Shown here: positions 1-11,139 of the stretch, one piece after another | Numbering within the stretch: the stretch's first letter is position 1 | Layout: every line of letters begins with the position of its first letter | Source: Geosiphon pyriformis uo1 | Lineage: Eukaryota; Fungi; Glomeromycota | Direction of reading: 5' to 3' | NCBI GenBank assembly: GCA_016748015.1 | Contig: JAAOMT010000328.1 | Span: 574,955-638,954, forward strand | DNA: 64,000 nt | Notes under the pieces: generated by a model | Database searches by the model: none | Seen by the model: only the letters and a program-made list of their open reading frames with translations | What the model was told of the DNA's origin: nothing | Program-made: the position numbers and the translations under genes

Positions 1-150
1 ACTATGGTTCTTGGCTGGTATATGTAGATTAACTAATCCAATCTTTTTTGATTTACAAAGTGTTGCTTCTGCTTCAAAAATCTGAACCTAATCTTTTACT
101 TTTCTTTCTATGGCTAATATGTACTGGTTATATGATAGAATAGAAATTGA

Positions 151-927
151 TTAATGGGTGGAGATAATTTCTCCCTTGTCAATAACTTCTTTTTTTGTCA
201 TATTAATTAGTATATCTACTTTTTTTGTTGATCTAAATCTATTAATTTTTTTAGCTGTAACCCTTAATTCTTCCTTGTTTCCCACTAATACTAACTGAGC
301 TATTTTAACCAGAGGCAGGAATATTGCCTGTGCTATTTTTTTGTTTGGCTCTATGATATAGGTCTTTTCTGAGTCATATTTTAGTATTGTAATAATATTT
401 CTTATGTATTCTGTATCAATTATTTCTTCTTTAATGTTAATTCCCTTTTTTGTTAAACTACTTCTGGATGCTAACTGAACCATTGTTGTTGCTGGAATTT
501 CTAATGCTACTTTCAGATTAATGCATGTGCACAAATGTGGTTTTAATTTAATAATATTTTTCTTTGGATATCTTAGATCAAATCTGGCATCAGTATTATG
601 CACACATTCTGGCATTATATTTTTATTATTATTACTAAACCATTTCAATTCCTGCTCCTTAGTGAGATTAAGAAGCACAATATATTGTTTAGAGTTTGAA
701 TCAGAGTTTGAATTATTGTTGTTGTAATTGTCATTTTGAATAAAGCTAGAATTGTTGCTTTCATTGTTGTTGTTGTTAGCATTTGAATTGGAATTAAAAT
801 TTGATTCTGATTCTGATGCACAGTTGCTGATTGGTTCTTCCTCTTTGGAGATTATGTAAATTATACATAGTAGTGGATTGTAAATAAGGTTATACTTATT
901 ACAATATTCAAAATCACATGGAATCAA
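151..927 (-). pseudogene. A1 pol segment: Cys cluster, Asn/Ser linker and degenerate trimeric dUTPase domain
   Basis: ORF track shows DARFDL, ASRSSL, IIDTEY and KIAQAIF, which are decayed dUTPase motifs 1-4. Confidence 0.85.
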
Positions 928-1183
928 ACAGTAGTTACATAGTCATGTGTTTATTTCTTCCAAATGTTGCTTTTGTTTTTCTTGAGTGAGTGCCAAATTC
1001 TGATAATATTCATAGAATTCTTCTAAACCAGCTTTAATGTTGAGAAAAGCATTTGGGTTGAAAATAAGAAAAGTTTCAACTGGTTCTGATGGGTTATTTT
1101 TAATCTCCAATATTTTGCTAGGCAAAGCATTTTTGACTTTGGCACTTGTTATTCTTCAGATCTTGTTTTTGTTATATGGGTAG

Positions 1184-2194
1184 TGTTGCTGGAGGTGTTT
1201 GGTCTCTTTTCTTAAATATTGGTAATGTTGATTTGCTGTGAATTCACGTTTCCAGAAAGTAGTTGGACCTCCAATAACTGAATTTATCTTCAAATTATCT
1301 CCTATAATTTGAACTGCTGGACTTATGAGTAGAATAGCCAATTCTGTGCCAGTTACTTTGTATAGTTATGTTGTAGTAAATGTCAACTCTTTTCCAAAAA
1401 TTGTTTGTCTGGAAGCTTACTAAAATGTGTAGTTACTTTGCTGTGAAAGTCAATTCTTCTACAGGAATCTCATCTGTAGGCTACCCTAATAATTGTAAGA
1501 AGAAAATAAAAGAAAAATAAAAAAAATGTAAAAGAAATAGAATTTTGTCAAGGGAAACGTTTTCTATTCAGGCCTGAAGTCACTAACAGTTTACCAAAAT
1601 TGGTAACTAATCAATTTCAAAACGTTAATTAGGTTTTGGGGATTTTTCCAAGTGCAATAATTAAAGAATTTGGTTTTTCGAATTATTTGATATTTATTTC
1701 TTTTTGTGTGTGTAGAAATGGTTCTAAGTGATAAATCTAAAATAAGATATATTTTCTTGAAGAGAAAAGCCCTTCTTTTATACAACTTGTTGTAGTACTA
1801 GTCTATGAACTTGCACTTTTTCTCTTTGCTCAAATTTTGGCAAACTAAGGATACATTTTGATGGACTACAAGTTATTTTGCTAAACTATTGATTAATTTG
1901 GGTGAACTATTCATAATTTCGGCAAATTTCTATAAATTTCGGCAAATTTCATATAAATTTCGGTGAATTTCTGTAAATTTCGGCGAACTTTTGAATGTTA
2001 CAAAGTTCAGGATATTGTGTAATTTGATCATCTTACTTTTTGTTATACTAATTGGATTATTTAATTGAATCGTGATATGTGATAATTGATTAAATAATAA
2101 ATGATAATTTGAAATAATATTAATATACTAATTAATTATAGAAATTATAAGGGTAATTTTATGCTAATTAATAGCTAAAATTCTACTGGTAACA
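1184..2194 (-). repeat. 3' LTR of B1
   Basis: Termini TGTTGCTGG...CTGGTAACA; colinear with 10129-11139 and the same length. Confidence 0.97.
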
Positions 2195-2857
2195 TAATCT
2201 CTTCCTCAAGACTGAGCTCCATCGAAGTCCAAGCACTATCTGTGATATTGAGATAGTGATCCAAAATAATTGAAGTAATCTGGTCTGAAAATTGTTGAAA
2301 TTTTAGTTCTGTGAGTTTGCCAATGTATTGGACTTTCATTGGTTGTAGTATTGGATTTTGTAGAACATTTTTACAAGTATTAAACAAATCATAAAGTCTA
2401 AAAGCTGTTCTAAGTTTGTAATGAGTGTTTGTTGGTTCAGCTGCTGTTTTGAATTCATTGTGGATTTGTTTTTGTATAGCTTCAGGAGTGAGATTTGTTG
2501 CTTCAAGTTCCAGTTTTCGTTCATAAAGTGTCTTTCCAATGTGAAAGTATTTATAGATAGAGGTGTGTTCATTGTTCTGTTCATTGAGAAGTAGTAGAAG
2601 TTTTTGTTGCATTGTAGCATTTGGTGGAATGTCAATAGGGGCAATTAAAAAATTTTCTTCCAGTGCTTGCTTTAAAAGTCTTGGTAACCTATTTTCAAAG
2701 TGACTTCTTGTTTTTCTTCTATAGGGGTAATAGTTCTGTAAATAATTTACTACTGGGACTGTGATTTCTTTCTGAATGTAATTAATTTGATTTCTATTAA
2801 TCGTTATGAATAAGTTAACTTTTGGGATATTTGTTGAATATTTCGGGGAATAATCAT
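2175..2857 (-). pseudogene. Accessory ORF3 of B1 (about 230 aa, uncharacterised helical protein); stop codon lies inside the 3' LTR
   Basis: ORF 2175-2612 stays open upstream to about 2815 (LFITINRNQ...PPNAT-MQQKL). Likely ATG at 2857, offset by a small deletion relative to copy B3. Homologous ORFs occupy the same position in families A and C. Confidence 0.75.
2198..2207 (-). promoter_or_regulatory. Polypurine tract of B1 (GAGGAAGAGA)
   Basis: Purine run 3 nt upstream of the 3' LTR on the minus strand. Confidence 0.8.
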
Positions 2858-3055
2858 GATAAAATTGACTAATTATAAAAAGAAAGAATAAAGAAAATTA
2901 TTTTTAGATATGGGGTTTTTATTTGTTTTTGGGTTTTTGGGTGTTTTTTGTAATTATTTACTATTTTTTGTCTTTGTGTTTTTATTAAAAAATTATTGTA
3001 AAATTTAAGTGTTCAAGTTTGGTTATTGTTTTATTATAATTATTGGTTCTAAATT

Positions 3056-4390
3056 TCAGGGAATATTTTCAGGATTAATTAAAGGGGAATGTGTACCAAT
3101 TTGTGGAATTAATGTTTTAGAATTGTTTCTGAAATGATAGTGTTTCAATCTGTCTCCATGTACAACTTTTGCTAGTATTTTATCATCAAGTCTTAACTTG
3201 TATGATCTATTGTCTAGAATTTCGTGAATATAAAATGGTCCATCCCATTTGTTTTCAAATTTTCCACTCCATTGTTTTTCAGCCTTAGTTCTGTGTAAGA
3301 AAACTTTATTTCCAACTTTAAATTCGTTGATAATGGGTGGTAATTTGTTGTCATGTCTTTCTTTTTGTTGAGCTTGGAAATATTCAATGTGAGTTGCTGC
3401 TATCCTTCTTTTTCCTTCCAGTGTACTGAAAAAAGTGTAGGCCCTTCTTTGGAGTGTTTCTTGAAAGTTTTTTTCATTGATTGGTTGCACTGAGTATGTT
3501 TCTACTGTGAAATTAATTGGTAATGTTGCTGTTCTTCCATAAGTAAGGTCAAATGGTGTGTGTTTTGTAGTATCTTGTTTTAGTGTTCTGTATGCTAGTA
3601 ACACTGATGGAATAAAGATATCCCATTCCTGCTCAAAATCTGTTGAGACTTTGGCCAATGATTCACACAATGTTCTGTTGAAACATTCTACAAGTCTATT
3701 TGTTTGAGAATAATAAGGCAATGATAGAAGTCTTTTAATATTAAATTGTTCACAAATTTCTTGTATCAAGTTGTTCACAAAATGTGTTTCTTGATCAAAT
3801 AAAAGTTCAATTGGGCATCCATGTCTACAAATAATGTCTTCATAAATGAAATTTGCTACTGATTTTGCATCTGCTCTTGGGATGGCTCTAGCTTCAGGCC
3901 ATTTGGTAAGATAATCTACTGCTACTGCAATATAGCAATTTCCTTGGGTTGTGATAGGTAATGGTTCGACTAAATCAATTCCAACTCTGTTAAATAGTTG
4001 TCCAACTTTGATTGGATTTAAAGATTCTGTGGGGTGAGTTCTTTCTCTTCTTTGACAACTATCACAAAATTCTATATATTGTCGAATGTCTTTTTGCATG
4101 TGAGGCCAAAAATAATGTTCAAGAGTTCTTTAAATTGTTCCATTTCTTTCCAAGTGTGCTGAAGACGGATCTGTGTACATGTTATATAAAATTGTTTCTT
4201 TTTCATTTTCCTGTACTAATTTGAGTGGTTGGTTTGGGTTTTTATGATTTTTGTAATAGATTTTGTTGTGGTATATAAAATATTTTTTGGATTGGTGTTG
4301 TAATCGATGTTTTTTACTTGGAGACCAATTTTCTGGCATGGTAAGGGTCTCCAAATAGTTTTTGATGTTGTTGTAGTTTTCTGGATTTAT
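3056..4390 (-). pseudogene. Gypsy integrase (HHCC zinc-binding region, rve DDE core, GPF motif); one internal stop
   Basis: ORFs 4130-4354 and 3056-4099 are in the same frame. Motifs CDSCQR, VGIDL, DYLTKW, DQET, VECFNRTL, WDGPF. Confidence 0.95.
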
Positions 4391-4457
4391 TGTTGTTGAT
4401 TTTTTTGTTTGTTCTGCTGTTAAATTTGTTGGTGTTTTGTTGGTGTTGATGTTGGTA

Positions 4458-5900
4458 TTAATATTGTCTCATTCTTGAGAGGCTATCAACATTGGTGTGT
4501 AGTTTTCCTGGTTTGTGATGTACAATGTATCTGTAGTCTGCTAGGAAGTCATTCCATTGAGACTGTTTGGCACTTTGTTCAGTTTTCTTTTTATTAAGCC
4601 ATTTAAGGCCAATATTGTCAGTTATTATGTTAAATTTTTTTTCATTCTTCAGGTATTGTTGAAAGTGTTTAAGAGCCCAGATGACTGCAATGACTTCCAA
4701 TTCAGTTGAGCCATATTTGAGTTCTGTTGGCTTGAGTGTTCTGCTGGCATAGGCGATAACTTGTTCCTGGCCATTTTCATTCAATTGTGATAAGATGGCA
4801 CCAAATGCTATGTGTGAAGCATCAGTGGCTAATTGGAATTGTTCATTGAAGTCTGGGTAAGCAAGAACTAAGATTGTTGTCAATTTTGTTTTGAAAGTTT
4901 CAAAAGCTTTTTGTTGTTCTTCAGTTCATTTGTATGGTACATTTTTGTTGGTAAAATAATTGAGTAGTTTGGCAATTTCTGAGAATTCTTTTATAAATTT
5001 TCGATAGTAAGAGACTAATCCTATAAATCCTTGTAGTTCTGTGGTATTTCTGGGAGTTTGAAAGTTTTTGACAGCACTGATTGTTCCAGGATTTGGTTTG
5101 ACTCCATCTTTGCTAACAATGTGTCTGAAGAAAATTAAGCTTGTTTTTCCAAAGTAATATTTTTCAATGTTTAACTTCAATCCTGCTTTTCATAATCATT
5201 GAAAAATTTCTCACAAGTGAATAAGATGAGTCTTAAAGCTTGGTGAGTATACATCAGTGTTATCAAGATAGACAACTACTAATTGCCACAAGAGTCCTTT
5301 ATATACAACATCCATGAGTTGCTAGAATGTTGCTGGTGTATTGCAGAATCCAAAAGACATAATATTGAACTCATAGTTTTCTCTCTGGGTGGTAAATACT
5401 GTTTTGGATCAGTCTTTTGGATTCATTTCGACTTGCCAGTATCCACTTTCTAAGTCTAAAGTTGAGAAAAACTTGGCTTTTCCTAGAGCATTTAGCATGT
5501 CATCAATTTTTAGAAAAGGGTAAGCATCTCCAATTGTTACACTGTTTAATTGGCAATAGTTAACACAAAATCTGATTTTTCTATTTTTCTTTTTGACAAA
5601 AACTACTGATGAGACCCAAGGACTTCTTGATGGTTGAATCAATCCGTTATTGAGCATTCTCTAGACTTCTTCTCTGATGAATTGGTGGCTGGCAGGTGGC
5701 ACTCTGTAAGCTTGCTGATGTTTTGGTGGAGCATCTCCTGTATGGATTTGATGTTAAACCATATCCATTTTTCCCAGGTCATTGTTGTTTTTTGCAAATA
5801 TATCTGCAAATTCAGCTATCAATTGTTTCAATTGTCTTTGTTGTTGAGGTTCTAAGAGACCCATATTGATTCGAAAGAGTTTTTCTTTCAAAAAGTGGTA
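4458..5900 (-). pseudogene. Reverse transcriptase and RNase H of B1
   Basis: SPWVSSVV..RFCVNY, STLDLESGYWQ, VVVYLDN (decayed YLDD), ATDASH..VIAYASR..ELE..ITDN..VDSLSR. Confidence 0.95.
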
Positions 5901-6304
5901 GTTTTCAGTAGTAAGAATGATATTTGGATTTGGAAGTAGAGTGTGCCTTACAATTTCGATGAAATTAAAGACAATTTGAGGGTTTTCATCTTAAAAAATA
6001 TTGCTGTGTATGATTCCAATCTCTAGTTTGTTTAATAAAACAATAGGGTAATTATTGGGGTTGTAGAATGTAACTCGAAATTTTTTCATTCCTTTGGGAA
6101 TATAAACATTTGGAATTGAGATTTTATGCTTCAAACAGATTTGTTCATTGGATTCAAAGATTTGTTGTGTAGTGGTGGGTTTTGAGCAAGTGTAAATTTC
6201 GTGATGTTTTCCAAAAGGTGAAATAGTAATTGGCTGGAGAAGTTGAAGAATCTGGTGAGATTCATTTTGTGTATTAAGAGCTATATTTACTGGAACTGTA
6301 AATC

Positions 6305-6700
6305 GTCCAGTTGAACCAAAACCTTAAGTTCCTCTTTCACTTTTTCCCAATTGTTCTCTGTTGTTTATTGATTGTAAACCCGAAATGTTGATTAAGAGTA
6401 AGTAAATTGCTTGAACAATTTTTTCAGCATGTTCAATTTTGAATGGTTTGTTTGTCTCATTCTGTAACATGATAGTAATGTCTCCAGTGTATTCTGCATC
6501 TATAACTCCTCCTCTAATATTGATTTCTTTGCTTGCCAATGATGATCTGGAGGCAATTTGAATCATTGCTCCTAGTGGAATTTCAAGAACAATTTTGAGA
6601 TTGATTTTTGTTAAAGACTTTGGTTGGAGAACCAAAGTATCTTTTCTTAAGTATCTTAGATTATATCCAGCATCAATTTCGTGTGCTTTTTCTGGTATGA
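6305..6700 (-). pseudogene. dUTPase domain inside B1 pol (between PR and RT)
   Basis: All five trimeric dUTPase motifs: DAGYNL, ASRSSLA, GVIDAEYTGDI, EKIVQAI, RGT*GFGSTG. Confidence 0.93.
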
Positions 6701-6859
6701 TTCCTTGGCCATGGTTGTCAAAATATTTAAGTTGTAGAGGTGGTTGCTTTTCAAGAAGATAGATGAGAGTGGTTGGTAGTTCTTCTACTAATTCAGATAC
6801 TCCAAATTCGATTTCATTTTCATCATTCTCATCTGGCAGAGGAATGCTAAGAGCATAAC

Positions 6860-7480
6860 ATTCTAAACACCATTGTTTATCACAAGGCATAACACATTTT
6901 TCACACAATTGAATGTTCATTTGCTTTAATTATTGAATTTGAGCTTCTTTGGTCAGATATGTGTGGCTTGCAATTTGGTAGTAGGTTTCTACTTCATCTT
7001 TATAATCAAATTCAGCTAATTCTATGGTATACTCAATGTATTCAGCTTTTTTCATTTGGCAGACATTTTCTTGGGTGGCTCTATTGATTAATGTCATTGC
7101 TAGGTCAAAATCATTTCAGCATCATGAGGGTAGTGGTAAAGTTTATTGAGAGCACTGTTGTATGCTGCATCAAATGGTGTTCCTCTTCTGACTTTTTCCG
7201 AAATTAATAGAGCATATTAACAGGTCTGATCACATACTCCTCCTCTCATTACTACATCAATCCAATTGCATTCTTCTGATAGTCTTTCTCCACAAGTAAG
7301 GCAAGAAGTTTTGTTCCATTTTCCACTTCTCTTTGGGGATCCAAATTGTTCTCTATGGCATGTCTTACAGAAGTAACAAATGTGAGTTTCATATTCCTCT
7401 TCTGGGAAAATACAGGCTCCCATAGATGAAAGCTTCTTTTTGCAATCTTTGCATTTTAGTGAAATGTATGGTAGTTTTTT
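6860..7480 (-). pseudogene. Cys-rich putative Zn-binding region between protease and dUTPase
   Basis: CKDC..MGAC..CYFCKTC..CLTC..CDQTC ... LCEKCVMPCDKQWCLEC; equivalent Cys clusters occur in family A copies. Confidence 0.65.
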
Positions 7481-7648
7481 TCATGGTTCTGGTGTGGAAT
7501 ATCTAACTTTCTTTCATCCTCTTGATTTTTCAAAAATCTCTTGTTCTGTTTTCTCAGCCCAATTAGATGGTAATCTAAGAGCCATGTAGGTTTCAGTGAG
7601 TGGCATTTTCTTCTCTTCTTTAAATTCAAATACTGGAGCTTTTTCTGA

Positions 7649-8050
7649 TCATTTGTTAAAGGTACCACAGGTTGCAGGTACTATGGTATATTGTTCTTGG
7701 TATGAGATTTTAAGTTCTTGAGTTTCCCAGTTCAGGTTTGTATTGGCCTTGAGAAGCCAATCATTTCTAATTAGAGCTTGATATTGGGATGCATCTATAA
7801 CAAGAACTTTAACTGAAATGGTGATTTTATCAATTGTAAAGGGGAAATCATCAATTTCTCCTACTGAAGTCTTCTTTATATCATCAGCTGTGACAATAAC
7901 TGTTTGAGCTGGTCTGTCTATGTTTTGTTTGAGTTGTTGCATCAGCTGGTAAGTGATGATACTTCCAGCTGATCCACTATCTAAAATTAAGTAAATGGGT
8001 TTTCCTTCTACTGTAGCTTCTGTGTATATAGCAGTAATTGCTTTCTGTTC
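7649..8050 (-). pseudogene. Retropepsin aspartic protease of B1
   Basis: PIYLILDSGSAGSII at about 7955-8000, followed by QALIRNDWL (decayed IGNDWL). Confidence 0.92.
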
Positions 8051-8589
8051 ATTGACTGCTGTATTACTAAGCAGAAATGGTAATTCATTTGCTTCAAATT
8101 CAAATGGAAATATATCTGACAGATTGGCATTTTGGGCAATTTGAGCTGATAGAATGGTGTGGTTGGAAGGATTTGATCTTGGTGCTGCAATTTCATCTTC
8201 AGAAAGTGCAATTTGTTGAAAATCCGATTCCTCTGGTATTGTAAGATAACTGGGTTGAGTATGATAGTAATTAGGTCTTTGCTAACCAGAATTTTGGGGA
8301 ACCAACTGGTTATTTGGATTGATTCTGTTGTTGTTATTCTGCAATTGATTTTGGGGTGTGGATTGGTTATATTGAACCAATCTTCTTGCTGGTACTTGAT
8401 ATTGTTGAGTGAGTGGTGTCTGATATGGCTGAATTGATAAAGGTTGCTGATATTATTGCTGCATTGGTTGTAGAGCTGGTAAATAGTAACTGTTTTGATT
8501 TTGTGGTCTTAGTGAATAATAGGTTGGTGGTGGAGATTGGTAATAAGATTGTTGTGGTGAAGAGTAACATTGATTACTCCTGTTTTGTT

Positions 8590-10105
8590 GGTCTCTTTGT
8601 AATTTCCTACAATCTTGTTTCTAGTGTCCTGGAATTCCACAATAATGACAATTTTGAAGTTGGTTGTTGGATGGTAATCCAAAATTGTTTTGGTTGCGTC
8701 ATTGTGGAGGTTAATATCTTTGTGGTTGTTGTTGCTGTTGTTGTTGGTTTGTGAAGTAGCTTTCAACCTTTTTTGTGAGTTGGTCTATCTTCTCTTCAGC
8801 TGTTGAGCTGGTTTCTCTAATAGCCAAGTTAACAAGTTTGGTGTGGTTTGCTTCTTTCATAGCCATTTTATAATTCTTTGCATGTCTAATGGCAGTTGCT
8901 AAGTCTGCTAGAGCATGTGAGCAGACTTTCTTAATCAGTTTGTCTTTTAACCCTGCTATAAACTGATCCAGAATTTGAGTATCAGAATAATAATCATTGG
9001 TTTCCAATTGTCGGATTTGTTTGAGAAGTTTGTTGAATCTTTCAAGATAGGTCATAACAGTTTCAGATGTTTCTTGTTTGATATTGTGAAAGCAGTTTCT
9101 GAGAGTGATAGAAGTATTGTTGTTGGTAAATTGTTGTAGAAAAGCATCTTTGAATGCTTGCCAGTTTTTAAATGGTTTTTCTAAGTTTTCAAACCATTCT
9201 CCTGCAGTTTTTTGGAGAAAGTATAGAATTGCTTTGAGCATTCTTGCTGCATTCCAACCATTTGCATCTCCTGCTTTTTGAACTTTGTCAAGCCATTCTT
9301 GAGGACTGGTATCATTATCTTTACCAGTAAATTCTGGAATCTTTGCAATATAAGCAGTTGCCATTTCCTCTTTGTTTTCTGTGGCTTCTTCTTGTTCTGA
9401 TTCAGTTTCTTCACTTTTCAAATTTTTTGAATGATCACTTTCGTTTTCCTGCAAGTATTCAATAATATTGGTGCTTGTTGATATGGGTTCCTGCTGTTGA
9501 GTAGGATTTTTAGGTGACTGAAAATCTTCTGGTCTGGAGAAATAGTTAAGTGGTGAATTTGATGTTTGTGGTTGAGCAAGCAAAATTGGAAATGGTGTAA
9601 TAGAAAGTGGTAATTTGATACTGGTTCTTTGTTCAGGTGTTTGCAAGTGTTTGGCAGTTATATTTGATAGTATTGGAGTGTTTGGAGTGGTTTTTGCGTG
9701 TTGTTTCACTTTTTGTTTGCCTTTGTTGCTTGTTTTTGTTTCTGATTCAAAGTCAAAAGAGTATTTAGACTGTACTGGGTATTTTTCTTCACAATACTTG
9801 ATAATGTTGTAATTGAGTTCTTAAAAGTAGGTGGCAAGTGTTTCACTGTTAAGGTCTTCAGTTCCCAATCATGAATAGTGCACTAGATTATTGTAGAAGT
9901 TGCTTCTCACTTCTGAAATGTTGTAGTTTCCAAACAAATAATTGTTGATACAGTTTTCAATGTATTGGTAGAGTGTTCTTTCAACAATTTCAATTCCGTC
10001 TAAGATGTTGAATCTCTGTTTGCAATGGGTGTAAATTGACTAATAATACTCTAGAGTTGTTGTATCTGGTGTGGTCACCACTTTAAAGTTTGTTGTTTGC
10101 TGTGT
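8590..10105 (-). pseudogene. Gag of B1 (retrotransposon gag capsid plus CCHC knuckle)
   Basis: ORF 8711-9709 has IPEFTG..EWL..AGEWF..IKQ..YLERF..FIAGL; CHYCGIPGH*KQDC at about 8610-8650. Confidence 0.9.
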
Positions 10106-10108
10106 TAT

Positions 10109-10126
10109 TTCCATGGGAGAGCACCA
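10109..10126 (-). promoter_or_regulatory. Primer-binding site of B1 (TGGTGCTCTCCCATGGAA)
   Basis: Starts TGG 2 nt after the 5' LTR; complementary to a tRNA ending ...GAGCACCA (tRNA identity not determined). Confidence 0.85.
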
Positions 10127-10128
10127 AA

Positions 10129-11139
10129 TGTTACCAGAGGTTTTTGGTCTCTTTTCTTAAATATTAGTAATGTTGATTTGCTGTGAATTTACATTTCCAG
10201 GAAGTAGTTGGACCTCCAATAACTGAATTTATCTTCAAATTATCTCCTATAATTTGAACTGTTAGGCTTATGAGTGGAATGGCCAATTCCATACCAGTTA
10301 CTTTGTATAGTTACGTTGTAGTAAATGTCAACTCTTTCCCAGAAATTGCTTGTCTGGAAGCTCACTAAAATGTGTAGTTACTTTGCTGTAAAAGTCAACT
10401 CTTCTACAGGAATTTTATCTGTAGGCTACCCTAATAATTGTAAGAAGAAAATAAAAGAAAAATAAAAGAAATGTAAAAGAAATAGAATTTTGTCAAGAGA
10501 AATGTTTTCTATCCAGGCCTGAAGTCACTAACAGTTTATCGAAATTGGTAGCTAATCAATTTCAAAACGTTAGTTGGGTTTTGGGGATTTTTCCAAGTGC
10601 AATAATTAAAGAATTTGGTTTTTCAAATTATTTGATATTTATTTTTTTTTGTGTGTGTAGAAATAGTTTTAAGTGATAAATCTAAAGTAAAATACATTTT
10701 CTTGAAGAGAAAAGCTCTTTTTTTATATAACTTGTTGTAGTATTAATCTATAAACTTGCACTTTTTCTCTTTGCTCAAATTTCGGTGAACTAAGAATACA
10801 TTTTAATGGACTACAAGTTATTTCGCTAAACTATTAATTAATTTGGGTGAACTATTCATAATTTCGGCAAATTTCTATAAATTTCGGCAAATTTCTTATA
10901 AATTTCAGTAAATTTCTGTAAATTTTGGCAAACTTTTGAATGTTACAAAGTTCAGAGTATTGTGTAATTTGATCATTTTATTTTTTGTTATACTAATTGG
11001 ATTATTTAATTGAATCATGATATGTGATAATTGATTAAATAATAAATGATAATTTGAAATGATATTAATATACTAATTAATTATAGGAATTATAAGGGTA
11101 ATTTCATGCTAATTAATAGCTAAAATTTTACTGGTAACA
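10129..11139 (-). repeat. 5' LTR of B1
   Basis: Perfect 9-bp terminal inverted repeat TGTTACCAG/CTGGTAACA; adjacent PBS. Confidence 0.97.

Larger units (their letters stand above)
1184..11139 (-). mobile_element. Full-length Ty3/Gypsy LTR retrotransposon, family B copy B1 (gag-PR-Cys-dUTPase-RT-RH / IN / ORF3)
   Basis: Two 1011-bp LTRs, 4-bp TSD GTAG (1180-1183) / ATAG (11140-11143), PBS and PPT present, Gypsy domain order with IN after RH. Confidence 0.97.

Noticed and set aside
1156-1341. Recurring LTR peptide (ISPAVQIIGDNLKINSVI, also 29237-29458) as a gene
   Set aside because: It recurs only because the LTR is repeated, and it is broken in other LTR copies.
2175-2857. env gene or chromodomain after integrase
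   Set aside because: No signal peptide, transmembrane segment or furin site, and no chromodomain aromatic-cage pattern after the GPF motif.
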